28,418 nt of DNA, from positions 1-28,418 of the IMG/VR virus record IMGVR_UViG_3300032073_000176. One strand, 5' to 3'. Every line of letters begins with the position of its first letter. Within the stretch, counting starts at the first letter, position 1. This DNA is from a virus. Taxonomy: Duplodnaviria > Caudoviricetes. Shown piece by piece: positions 18,190 to 27,256 of this stretch. The translations under genes were made by a program, and so were the position numbers. The notes under the pieces are model-generated. The model was not told where the DNA came from. It was given only the letters and a program-made list of their open reading frames with translations, and did no database searches.

Positions 18190-19211
18190 TATGGTGAATT
18201 AAAGTACTGATAAAATTTTATTCGATTATCCGTAGTGGTTCCTACTCTTGAGTTAGTTTGTGTGTTAAAAACACTATATGTGAACCTATCTCTATTTAAA
18301 TTAACCCTATAATAAAAATTTTCTTCTGGTTTGAAAACAAACGGGTTAGGTAGGGTGTTTTGTGGTTTATTTAAAAACTGTGTTACTTCACCACTTTTAC
18401 CATTGTAAAATTTTGCTGACATATAAAATACAGTAGTTTTAATAAAACTTTCTTCTTTTAACCAATAAATGTAATAACCTTCACTGTTATCTATAGGACT
18501 TAAAGTAAAAGAAGGTTTAACTACGTATTTTTCCCCTTCTGGTTTACAATTATACCTACCGTCTGGTTTTCCGTCAGCTGGACAAGATAAATCCAATGTA
18601 GGCCTAAATATTTTTTCTCCCTTAAGAGGACTTAAAATTAAAGATATGAGTAATTTTTGTTCGTTTCTTAATGGACTATCATATAAGTCTAATTTAAAAA
18701 AACTTTTAACAAAACTTTTTTCATTTCGATATGTTTGTTCTGGTGTAAATTCTTGATTATCGTAACCGTACCAAGTACTACTATTAGATGGGTTATAAGG
18801 AGAATATATAGTAGCTTCTGCATTAGTAGGGTATAGAGCTTCCAACCTAGGACCTAAACAGGGTACTACACCGTCTGAATTAAATCCTCCACTAGCTAGT
18901 GGTGATAAAGGATAAGTTAACGTAAATGGATTAGGACTAATCAAATTACCAAAATTAAAATCGTAAAAAGCATTCGGACTAGGGTCTACAGGATTCTTAT
19001 TATCTCCAGGAAAATAATCGTGGCTATATTGAGTGACTTCATAATCTCTTTTAAGGTCTAACAATGTATCTATAACACCATCTTCGTAGTCCTTTATTAA
19101 ATCACCCCTGCCAAACTCATCTGTAGTGTGTTTAAGAGGAATTACAATTCTCCTATTTAAATCACCGTCTTGTCTTTGATTTAACCTTATTCTTAATTTA
19201 TTCACAGCCAT
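18189..19211 (-). CDS. Hypothetical phage structural protein (340 aa)
   Basis: Long ORF overlapping both neighbours (1-nt TAATG overlap and 14-nt overlap); aromatic-rich; no recognised domain. Confidence 0.6.
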   Translation of the reverse strand: MAVNKLRIRLNQRQDGDLNRRIVIPLKHTTDEFGRGDLIKDYEDGVIDTLLDLKRDYEVTQYSHDYFPGDNKNPVDPSPNAFYDFNFGNLISPNPFTLTYPLSPLASGGFNSDGVVPCLGPRLEALYPTNAEATIYSPYNPSNSSTWYGYDNQEFTPEQTYRNEKSFVKSFFKLDLYDSPLRNEQKLLISLILSPLKGEKIFRPTLDLSCPADGKPDGRYNCKPEGEKYVVKPSFTLSPIDNSEGYYIYWLKEESFIKTTVFYMSAKFYNGKSGEVTQFLNKPQNTLPNPFVFKPEENFYYRVNLNRDRFTYSVFNTQTNSRVGTTTDNRIKFYQYFNSP

Positions 19212-20913
19212 CCTCTATAAAGTTTTCATTTGTGTTAGTTGCTGCACTTAACTGATAAGTATCTTCATTAATAAATGCATTTGCTCTAATTAATCTATTA
19301 ACAAAAAAACTAATGTCTGTCATAGGATAATGTGAAGCGTTTATAAAAGGATAATCTACTCCCGTATTACCTTCTACAAAACCTATATCATATATATCTC
19401 TCCATTTCCAAGTTTTTTCTATTTCAAAATAAGTTGCGTAATCAGGAACATTAGCGATTTTTCTAGGGTCACCACTTTCTATATAATCAGAATAGGTCCT
19501 TATAGGGACTGGATAGTGTGGTTTGTAAGTATAACTACCCTCACCATCTAAGTTATAAAAAATATCAGAATTAAATTTAAAACTATGCTGAATATCACTA
19601 ATAGTCCTTTCTTTTAAATCGTACTTATTATATTCAGTAAAAGCTCCTCTTAGTTTATCACCAGGAACTAGAGGTAAACCAGAATTTAAACTTCCTATAG
19701 TGGTATAAATAATGTTAGAAATAGGTTGTGGGTCACCAGGATGACCTCTCACTATATTACCACTAAAGTTAGTGTCTGCAAAATTATAAGGAAAATTCCA
19801 ATCCCACCCATAACGTGGTGGGTAATCTAGATAACCTAAATTATTTCTCAACATTACAGTTATGTAAAGTGTGGTTATAGGTCTTTGTAAGTTATCTAAA
19901 TATTTTTTGACATTTATATCTTTAGTAAAAGAATATAGGTACGTTGGGTAATCTTCTTTTATTGCTACCCTTTCTATAGCGTCTGGATTTTCAAATTGAC
20001 TCTGGAACTTTTTTACTGTTTTAAATACCCCTTCAGCGAAGGCACATTTATTAAGAGTATAATCTTCCACATCAGTAATAATTTCATGTTCAATTACATA
20101 ATAACTAGACACACTACTATTATCATTTAAATTAATTTGTCTTTTAAACAGTCCTAACGTATTATCGTTAATTAAAGGTGATTGTCCATTATTAACAGAA
20201 GGGATGTATAAATTAAAGACATGTTTGTCAGATTTTCTTTTACTATTCCCTAAACTAAAAATTGGGTAGGTTATTTTTCCATTTGTAAAACCTGGGTATT
20301 GATTAGTGGGTATATTTAACCTAACATATTCACCCATTTTTAAACCGTGAGGTGCACCACAAGTAAATTCTAATATTTTTTTACCACCAACTACTCTGTT
20401 TCTAATATAAAAAGGTATACCTTCGTTTGCTAAAAAGTTTAAAGTGTCACCCCCTTCAAATGGGGTATATGACATTGGTTGTTCTCCGTCACAATCGTAG
20501 GTGGGTATGGTAACATACAAATTCCAATTAGTTTCTTCCGCGACAGATTCGTCAGTATCCGACCTTAAAAAATCAAAATGTTTATATTCTGGATAACCTT
20601 TAAATTGTACATTACCTCCATTAAAAAAATCACCAATAGTATACAAACTATAAATTAAATTAGATGTTGTCTGACTCGCGGTACCAGAAAAAGCGTTGTC
20701 AATATAGGGTTGTATTTTACCGTATAGTCTATAGTTAGAAAAATTTTGTCTTTCTGTATTATACCTTACAGAAAGATTAAGGGGTACACTTCTATCACCC
20801 TCAATAAGTTCTCTAGAATCTTCTTCTAAATTAACGTTTAACAAGGTATCGACAGGTGGAGCACCTTTATACTTTTTATCTGCTGGAATTATTCTGTAAG
20901 GATTACTCATCAT
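19198..20913 (-). CDS. Hypothetical phage structural protein (~571 aa); start likely at 20913 or 20910 rather than 20934
   Basis: AAAAG-ATG-ATG-AGT-AAT overlaps the upstream stop at 20903, like other junctions here. TCGAPHGLKMGEYVRL resembles the T...HGL..G..V beta motif of phage tail/baseplate proteins. Confidence 0.6.
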   Translation of the reverse strand: MMSNPYRIIPADKKYKGAPPVDTLLNVNLEEDSRELIEGDRSVPLNLSVRYNTERQNFSNYRLYGKIQPYIDNAFSGTASQTTSNLIYSLYTIGDFFNGGNVQFKGYPEYKHFDFLRSDTDESVAEETNWNLYVTIPTYDCDGEQPMSYTPFEGGDTLNFLANEGIPFYIRNRVVGGKKILEFTCGAPHGLKMGEYVRLNIPTNQYPGFTNGKITYPIFSLGNSKRKSDKHVFNLYIPSVNNGQSPLINDNTLGLFKRQINLNDNSSVSSYYVIEHEIITDVEDYTLNKCAFAEGVFKTVKKFQSQFENPDAIERVAIKEDYPTYLYSFTKDINVKKYLDNLQRPITTLYITVMLRNNLGYLDYPPRYGWDWNFPYNFADTNFSGNIVRGHPGDPQPISNIIYTTIGSLNSGLPLVPGDKLRGAFTEYNKYDLKERTISDIQHSFKFNSDIFYNLDGEGSYTYKPHYPVPIRTYSDYIESGDPRKIANVPDYATYFEIEKTWKWRDIYDIGFVEGNTGVDYPFINASHYPMTDISFFVNRLIRANAFINEDTYQLSAATNTNENFIEDGCE

Positions 20914-23900
20914 CTTTTGGGGGTAAATATTCATTTATAAACCTTTCATAGGCCGAACCACCAGGTCTTAGACCAAAATAAAAAAACAATCCAGTACCTA
21001 ACCTGTAGGTACTACTAGATTCTAAACCACCTGTTTGACCAGTAATAGAATTTACAAAAAAACCAAAACCTGGTGGGGTTTGTGCTCCTTCATAAAAATA
21101 AGGACTAACCCAGGTAGCTGGAACATTAGGTTCTGGTCTTTCATAATAGAGACCTTGTTGATACCCAATAACATCCAGTCCTGTAGCTCCTTGATACCCA
21201 TAATCATTACTATAAGTACCAAAAGTTGTACCCGCAACTCTCCACTCGTAATATGGTACTACTTGGGTGTGTGGTACACCGAAACCTCCACCCATTAAAC
21301 AAATAGTTAGAGGAAAATCTCTTGTAGCTAAAGGGAATGGTGTCGTCGCGGTAGTTATTTTAGTTTCACCTGGTTGTTCTGATAAATCCCAAAGATATGG
21401 ATTGTTAGGATTGGCATTAAATTGTTGAGGCATAAATTTACTAAACCAGTTTGTGGGGTTTCCGTTTGGTGCTCCATAATATGGGTCGTCAGTGTCTGTA
21501 GAAAAAACTGAAACACCTAACATATTATTAGTAGCTAGTAGTTGTGCTATATCTCCGTCAATAACTCTGTTTCTATAATATCCAGGAGCACTTGTACTCA
21601 CACCGTCACCAGGACTTCCAAATCTTTGATTACCTTGATTTCTATTAAAAGGAGCTCCTGGTTCCGAGTCTGCACCAAACCATTTGTTTATTCCAGACCA
21701 TAAAAACTCTTTAAAATTATTAGTAGCTGCAATTTTTCTTTCTACAATCATACCTAATAAATGTTCACTGTTTTGGAAACTGGTAGGTTTTAGTTTATCT
21801 ACCACATAACATTTGTCTTTATCGTATAATTTTTCTTCTTGACATATTTCGTCAATACATGGGTCTAGTGGGCCTAAGTCCATTATTGTTGTAGGGAAAT
21901 TAATACCATATTTTTGTTGTTTCCCATCAGCTGGGTTATCTGCAGTTAAAGTAGATTGTAATGTAAATTCATCTCCAGTAAAAGGACAAGAGCGATAGTA
22001 GTAGTATTTTTTGTCTTCTTCTATTTTTTCATAAATAATTCTTTTAGAATACTTAGTAATTTGGTCTATCTCTGGTATTAACTTTCCTGAGTCGTCTAAT
22101 TTTTTTCTCTTTCTTAAAAATTTATAGTGGTATAACACACCATTTATCCAATTATTACTAAATTTCATATTAAATATACCCTCACATAATCCACTATATA
22201 TATTAGCTAATATTCTCCATTGATTTAAACTTCTATACATGTGATATATACTAGTTATAATAAAACCTAATAATACGAGACCACTACCTAAAGCAACACC
22301 TAATAATATAGATGAACCACCATAAGGAATAGCTGAAGCGACAGTGATAGCACTCATAGCGATAATAAAAGTATTCCAAACTGATTTTCTCCATTGTAGG
22401 ACATAACAACCTTTAGGTTTTCCTGGTCTATTTGGGTCACCTTTCCAAAATAGTGCATTTTGTACCTCATCTCCATTGCTATCTTTTGGTCCAAATCCTA
22501 CCATGTAAGGTTCATTATTACAATCATTAACATATTCTGGTGCGTCTGCAAGAGTTTCTTGTACTTTTTGTTCGTCGGACACAAATATTCCCAATATCGG
22601 GTCTAATTTAAACTCATAACTACTTCCACAATAACAAGGTTCACAGTTAGGGTAATTGAAAATTCTTCTAACAACATAAAAACTATGTATAATACTGTAA
22701 GCTAAGGGGAAATAAAAAAATATTAATAACAAAATACACATAATAAGTGTGGGTATCCAGGTGGATAGACTAGCTGCAAATAATGAAGCAGCGATGGATG
22801 CGTCAAATGGGTTTGCTACTACCGCGATAGATGCAATTGCTTGAGTCATTTCTGCTGAAGAATCATTACAGTAGTTTACATACTGATAGACCATCATTAA
22901 TAAACTTACCCCACCTGCAAAAGCTCCTAATAATATCGTTATTAATTGAACTACTCTATTGATTTGTTGAGTGGCGAACGATAAACTACCTCCTCTAAAT
23001 GCGTCATTGACAGGGAATTGGTTATTTGGACAAGGACTATCTGGTGAAGGGTTAATAGATTTTATACCTAAAAATCTCCACCTACTATTAGCTGTCGTTA
23101 AAGCACTTCCTTTTCGTATATTTAACCTATAGTTGTCAATAAAACTACTTACAGTATAAACTCTATTAGGTCTAAATTCATAAAAATAATCAGAAGCTTG
23201 GTACGCTGGTGAATTTAAGACGGGTGCTGGGTCTGGATAGTCTTCAAAATTTTCAGAAAAAGTATATGAAGCGTCAATATTGTCATTATATTCTCTAAGA
23301 TTAGGTACCAGATACCTACCACTCCTAACTTCACCACCAGACGCATCTAAAGTTACCCTAAATCTGTACCTTGCTCTAGTAGGTATACCTACTTTTGGGT
23401 CTGAGGATATAATCTGTTCACCATATTCATTAGTAACTAAAAAATCTAAATTCATGGGTAACTGTGTTACCCAAGCTCCATTTCCATCAATTACTTTACC
23501 TCCATTATCTAATGTAAAATTTTCTAAAGTAGGGCACCCTTCATCATCTTTAATAATAGTATGTCTTATAGCTTCTATTGTTCCAGTCCCAGTAGTTAAG
23601 TCACACATGGAACCTTGTTTCTTACTTGGTGCTCCACTTATATCTACATAGTTGTTATCGTTATCTGTTATAACTGAACCCATAAATGTAGCGCTAGGTA
23701 TTATCTCCACACCAGAATCCCTTAAATCAAAATCCATTCTTGTAATACCTATACCACACAATTCGTCATCACCCCAAAAAGGAACAACTTCAACAGCTTT
23801 ATTTTGTATAACAATTTGTGGTAAAGTGTCTAAGTTTTCGGATGTTTTAAAATCTAAAGAACTTTCAAATTGACTAGGACTAAGTCCTTGTCTAATAAAT

Positions 23901-24448
23901 TGATAAGGTCTCATGGAATAACATCCAATATCACTAACGTCAATACTTGCGTGAATATTTTGATTACCTAGAGGAACACCCCATAACATATAATCACCAC
24001 TTTCATTAGTTTTAGTAGTATATTTGTAATATTTTTCAAAAACTTCTAATACAATAGGATTATTTATAGCTTCTTTAGCTGTAAAAAAACTACCAGTAGC
24101 TTTGTGATTACAACTTTCAGACTCTTTAGGTAAAAGGTTATATCTATAACCTTCTTCATTTTTATCTGTTACTGTTTTATAAGGGTATAGTTCAGAAATA
24201 ACTGGGTCTAGTTCGTCTTCCTCACTAATAGGTACAAATATAGAAATTTTAGCATTAGGTATTCCAAAACCACCGTTGGCAAGAGCTCTACCTACAATCA
24301 CACCATAATCCGCACACATTCGTGCATAGACATCAGACTTAACAATTTTAAGACTTAGTATTTCTAATTGGTCGAAATCTTGTTCTAATGTTAATTGTAT
24401 GTGTTTGTCCGAATTGGTTTCTGCTTTTATCCTATATGATTTTGCCAT
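20903..24448 (-). CDS. Large baseplate-module protein (1181 aa) with N-terminal carboxypeptidase-regulatory-like beta sandwich and a central multi-helix hydrophobic region
   Basis: YGVIVGRALANGGFGIPNAKISIFVP...TKTNESGDYMLWGVPLGNQNI fits a CarboxypepD_reg-like pattern with an insertion; 3-5 hydrophobic stretches at ~22245-22954; directly downstream of the gp6-like gene. Confidence 0.6.
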   Translation of the reverse strand: MAKSYRIKAETNSDKHIQLTLEQDFDQLEILSLKIVKSDVYARMCADYGVIVGRALANGGFGIPNAKISIFVPISEEDELDPVISELYPYKTVTDKNEEGYRYNLLPKESESCNHKATGSFFTAKEAINNPIVLEVFEKYYKYTTKTNESGDYMLWGVPLGNQNIHASIDVSDIGCYSMRPYQFIRQGLSPSQFESSLDFKTSENLDTLPQIVIQNKAVEVVPFWGDDELCGIGITRMDFDLRDSGVEIIPSATFMGSVITDNDNNYVDISGAPSKKQGSMCDLTTGTGTIEAIRHTIIKDDEGCPTLENFTLDNGGKVIDGNGAWVTQLPMNLDFLVTNEYGEQIISSDPKVGIPTRARYRFRVTLDASGGEVRSGRYLVPNLREYNDNIDASYTFSENFEDYPDPAPVLNSPAYQASDYFYEFRPNRVYTVSSFIDNYRLNIRKGSALTTANSRWRFLGIKSINPSPDSPCPNNQFPVNDAFRGGSLSFATQQINRVVQLITILLGAFAGGVSLLMMVYQYVNYCNDSSAEMTQAIASIAVVANPFDASIAASLFAASLSTWIPTLIMCILLLIFFYFPLAYSIIHSFYVVRRIFNYPNCEPCYCGSSYEFKLDPILGIFVSDEQKVQETLADAPEYVNDCNNEPYMVGFGPKDSNGDEVQNALFWKGDPNRPGKPKGCYVLQWRKSVWNTFIIAMSAITVASAIPYGGSSILLGVALGSGLVLLGFIITSIYHMYRSLNQWRILANIYSGLCEGIFNMKFSNNWINGVLYHYKFLRKRKKLDDSGKLIPEIDQITKYSKRIIYEKIEEDKKYYYYRSCPFTGDEFTLQSTLTADNPADGKQQKYGINFPTTIMDLGPLDPCIDEICQEEKLYDKDKCYVVDKLKPTSFQNSEHLLGMIVERKIAATNNFKEFLWSGINKWFGADSEPGAPFNRNQGNQRFGSPGDGVSTSAPGYYRNRVIDGDIAQLLATNNMLGVSVFSTDTDDPYYGAPNGNPTNWFSKFMPQQFNANPNNPYLWDLSEQPGETKITTATTPFPLATRDFPLTICLMGGGFGVPHTQVVPYYEWRVAGTTFGTYSNDYGYQGATGLDVIGYQQGLYYERPEPNVPATWVSPYFYEGAQTPPGFGFFVNSITGQTGGLESSSTYRLGTGLFFYFGLRPGGSAYERFINEYLPPKDDE

Positions 24449-24465
24449 ACACTTTCTTTTATAAA

Positions 24466-24472
24466 ATAAATA
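24466..24472 (-). promoter_or_regulatory. TATTTAT upstream motif (candidate phage late promoter element)
   Basis: Minus strand reads AACTATTTATTTTATAAAAGAAAGTGT-ATG; motif 17 nt before the ATG at 24448, in a 74-nt intergenic gap. Confidence 0.45.
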
Positions 24473-24522
24473 GTTATGTAGTTAAAATCAAATTTAAACT
24501 AAAGGACAAATATGTAAACCTA

Positions 24523-26376
24523 TTATGATACTGTAGCTTGTAATGTAGATTTAACTCTTACCACAATATCTTTTGTTGGGAATTTCACTTGGAATGACTG
24601 GGTTGGTTGTGAAAACACCACTCCGTCAATTAATTCTATTTGTTTAGTTGCTGGGTCAGAGTATCTTTGTGATACTTCATTACTAGAGTACTGACCACCG
24701 ACTTTATTATATAATCTTAGGTCAATTAAATTTATTACCCCATCCTGAGATGAAATGTTTTTGGTTAATTCACCAACAAAAAGGTCTTTACCCATTTCTC
24801 TATTGTTAGGTGAAAAGAAGGATTGTGTCGTATTAATTACGTTACTAATTATAACCCCGCTATTAAATGAAGGGTCTATTAATAAATCCATTTCGACCCC
24901 TAAATCTATTACTTGTGCTGGTGAAACCACGATATAATCATTTAACATTCTAAAGTCAGATAAATAATTAGCTATATTTTCCATTAAAGTAGTACTTACT
25001 CTGGAAGTTAGACTACCGTCTGTATTATAAGAAAGCAAGTTAACGATTATTTTATTTTCAATCTCCATTATACCACACTTTGCTGGAGCACCAAATACTG
25101 AAGGCATAGTATCAATTAATGATTTATAATCTTGTATAGTTACCGCTCTTTTTTGTGCAGCAAAATTAAAACCAACGTAATTTCTAACTTCTTCCACACT
25201 AGGTTGGTTAGCCCCACCTACCGCGGCAGTCACATTATTAACTTGTAGTGAGTTTTGTACTGATTGGTTTATATTATTATTAGGCCCATTTATTACAAAA
25301 TCTATGGTCCCTAGGTTGGTTATACTATTTGGGCCGACGTTTGTGGTTTTACCACCTCCGACTCTATATTGAATAAAAATAGTACTATTACTTTTAGGTG
25401 TACTACCTAAAGATAGGTTATTCATATATTTACTTAAATCCATAGCGAGTCCTTGTTGGGTGAAGTCATCTAGACTATCTTGACCACTACTAGTACCACC
25501 ACCTAATGTAAGATAAAAGAAACCTTCAGGGGTGTATTCAGTTATAAATCTCTGATTAACACTTTCCCATTTACCAACTTTAACACCAGGTAAATCAGAA
25601 GGTTTAGTGGTGTCTACCATAAAAACTTTATCTTGAGCTAAAGCATCTACTTCATACCATTTATTATCAGAAGTTAAAAATTCAGTAGCTTTAGGTATAG
25701 CTTGTATATTAGTTCCGTCTTTTTGTATGACTCCTGTAACACCTAGTACATTTTTTTCAGGTAAAAATATTTTTAAAAATGGTGAAACATTAACATCTGT
25801 TATAACTTTTTTGAATACTTTGGTAATACCGTTAACCACCACTTCTCTTTTGGTTATGGTGTAACTTACTATGTTACCATTAGCGTCAAAGTTTGGTACT
25901 TTGGTTCTGTTAGGGAACCCTGTAGAGTCAAATGGTAATGAAAAATCTACATCGTGTACATTTTCAAACACTTGTCCAGCACCCACGACTTGTGAACCTC
26001 TCCTTAATGTGCCCAAATATCTAAAATCTTCCTTATCTCCTCCACCAGAAGTTTGTAATATAGGAACGGTAAGTGAAAAATCACAAACAGAAACAGATGG
26101 TCGATTACCTGGTAATTTTAAACCATATGTTCTAGCTATATTATATAGGGAAGACCTTTGATTTGCATATTGTAATACTGTCTCTTGTAAAGACCTGTCT
26201 ATATGGTAATGTAAATTGTCTGCAACCGCAGCGTTTAAATCTAAAAATACAGAAAAGATGGAAGCGTCATTAGCGTTCTGTATTAAATCGGGATATTGTT
26301 GTTGTACATACGTTAATAGTTCATTTCTTATCCCTACAAAATCTCTTTCACTGTACGATATTTTATTATTAGCCAT
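24523..26376 (-). CDS. gp6: Baseplate wedge subunit, T4 gp6 / baseplate-J-like (617 aa)
   Basis: N-terminal SYSERDFVGIRNEL...DLNAAVADNLHYHID...SSLYNIARTYG; IQYRVGGG; AAVGGAN...QKRAVTIQDY; length close to T4 gp6; adjacent to the gp25-like gene. Confidence 0.9.
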   Translation of the reverse strand: MANNKISYSERDFVGIRNELLTYVQQQYPDLIQNANDASIFSVFLDLNAAVADNLHYHIDRSLQETVLQYANQRSSLYNIARTYGLKLPGNRPSVSVCDFSLTVPILQTSGGGDKEDFRYLGTLRRGSQVVGAGQVFENVHDVDFSLPFDSTGFPNRTKVPNFDANGNIVSYTITKREVVVNGITKVFKKVITDVNVSPFLKIFLPEKNVLGVTGVIQKDGTNIQAIPKATEFLTSDNKWYEVDALAQDKVFMVDTTKPSDLPGVKVGKWESVNQRFITEYTPEGFFYLTLGGGTSSGQDSLDDFTQQGLAMDLSKYMNNLSLGSTPKSNSTIFIQYRVGGGKTTNVGPNSITNLGTIDFVINGPNNNINQSVQNSLQVNNVTAAVGGANQPSVEEVRNYVGFNFAAQKRAVTIQDYKSLIDTMPSVFGAPAKCGIMEIENKIIVNLLSYNTDGSLTSRVSTTLMENIANYLSDFRMLNDYIVVSPAQVIDLGVEMDLLIDPSFNSGVIISNVINTTQSFFSPNNREMGKDLFVGELTKNISSQDGVINLIDLRLYNKVGGQYSSNEVSQRYSDPATKQIELIDGVVFSQPTQSFQVKFPTKDIVVRVKSTLQATVS

Positions 26377-26377
26377 A

Positions 26378-26836
26378 TTATAAATTTATTATTACAAAAT
26401 CTTTAGTTTCAAAAGCTTCATTAGTAATTGTAAATTCTAAAGTTACTTTTGCGGTGTGTTCTTTAGTACCTTGACCAGCTACCCTATAAACTCTAGGGTC
26501 ATTATCAGCTACAACAGTACCTGGTAATTCCTCAGCTTCTAATGCTGGTTCTATTTTAATATTATCTATTTTGAGGTTGGGTATGTACTTAATTACTTGT
26601 TCTCTAATTTCAGATTGAATGGAGTCGAAAGTAATATTATCCAAAGGTTCAAAAATATATTCATATAAGGTAGTTCCAAAATCTGGTAAAAAATATCTAC
26701 TACCTTTTCTAGTTAATAACAAATGAATTAAATTTGCTTTTATTTCATCTTCAGTAGTGGGAGTAAGTTGTAAATAGTAACCATCTCTACTGTCCTGAAA
26801 AGGAAAATCTATTCCATATGTTGAAGAAGTCGGCAT
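26378..26836 (-). CDS. gp25: Baseplate wedge / sheath-initiator protein, gp25/gpW family (152 aa)
   Basis: GIDFPF...IKANLIHLLLTRKGSRYFLPDFGTTLYEYIFEP...IREQVIKYIPNLKIDNI is the typical GPW_gp25 signature. Confidence 0.93.
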   Translation of the reverse strand: MPTSSTYGIDFPFQDSRDGYYLQLTPTTEDEIKANLIHLLLTRKGSRYFLPDFGTTLYEYIFEPLDNITFDSIQSEIREQVIKYIPNLKIDNIKIEPALEAEELPGTVVADNDPRVYRVAGQGTKEHTAKVTLEFTITNEAFETKDFVIINL

Positions 26837-26843
26837 TGTTTTT

Positions 26844-26855
26844 TATTTATAAATA
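26844..26855 (-). promoter_or_regulatory. Palindromic TATTTATAAATA at the head of the baseplate operon (contains TATTTAT and the T4 late -10 consensus TATAAATA)
   Basis: Perfect 12-bp palindrome 7 nt upstream of the gp25 ATG, in a 34-nt intergenic gap. Confidence 0.5.
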
Positions 26856-26870
26856 CTTTAAACTTAAAAT

Positions 26871-27089
26871 CTATAGTGTAATTGTTAATACATTTGAATT
26901 ATATAAGTGTGGTTTACAATTTAGTCCGTAGTTTTCCACCACTTCTTTTACAACCCCTTTAACGACTTTACTATCACCAGTTACAATTTCTAATTTTTTA
27001 CTCCCAAATTGTATGTGGTCATATATAAAAGAATCCACAACATCTATAGTATTACCTATCTTGTAACCGTGTAAGTCTAGTTTATACAT
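26871..27089 (-). CDS. Stand-alone Smr (small MutS-related) domain protein (72 aa)
   Basis: KLDLHG...LEIVTG...N..VLTI matches the Smr layout (LDLHG, IITG, NxG-like end). Confidence 0.8.
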   Translation of the reverse strand: MYKLDLHGYKIGNTIDVVDSFIYDHIQFGSKKLEIVTGDSKVVKGVVKEVVENYGLNCKPHLYNSNVLTITL

Positions 27090-27252
27090 TTTCTTTTAAA
27101 ACAGTATTAGACTTTTGGTATGGTGGCCAATAAGGACAATGCTTACATTTACCACCACAACAAGAACCTTTTTTTATATGATACTTTTCTGTAAGTACCA
27201 TTTTATTATTTTTATCTAAATAAAAATCTTCTTTTTCAAATTTTAAACACAT
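27082..27252 (-). CDS. Small Cys-rich protein, DUF5522-like (56 aa; not in the ORF track)
   Basis: Manual translation: MCLKFEKEDFYLDKNNKMVLTEKYHIKKGSCCGGKCKHCPYWPPYQKSNTVLKENV*. Has the DFY...VLTExYHxxxGxCCGxxCxHCPY motif, fills the nrdA-Smr gap and overlaps the Smr start by 8 nt. Confidence 0.82.
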   Translation of the reverse strand: MCLKFEKEDFYLDKNNKMVLTEKYHIKKGSCCGGKCKHCPYWPPYQKSNTVLKENV

Positions 27253-27256
27253 ATTA

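Noticed and set aside
20914-20934. Track start (MNIYPQK) for the 578-aa ORF
   Set aside because: Needs a 32-nt overlap; ATGs at 20913/20910 fit the coupling pattern and A-rich context better.
24523-26836. Interpretation as a bacterial eCIS, T6SS or tailocin locus
   Set aside because: T4-sized gp6, tight linkage to nrdA, no Afp/Tss-type genes and uniform phage-like gene packing favour a phage genome, although no capsid or terminase gene is in the window.
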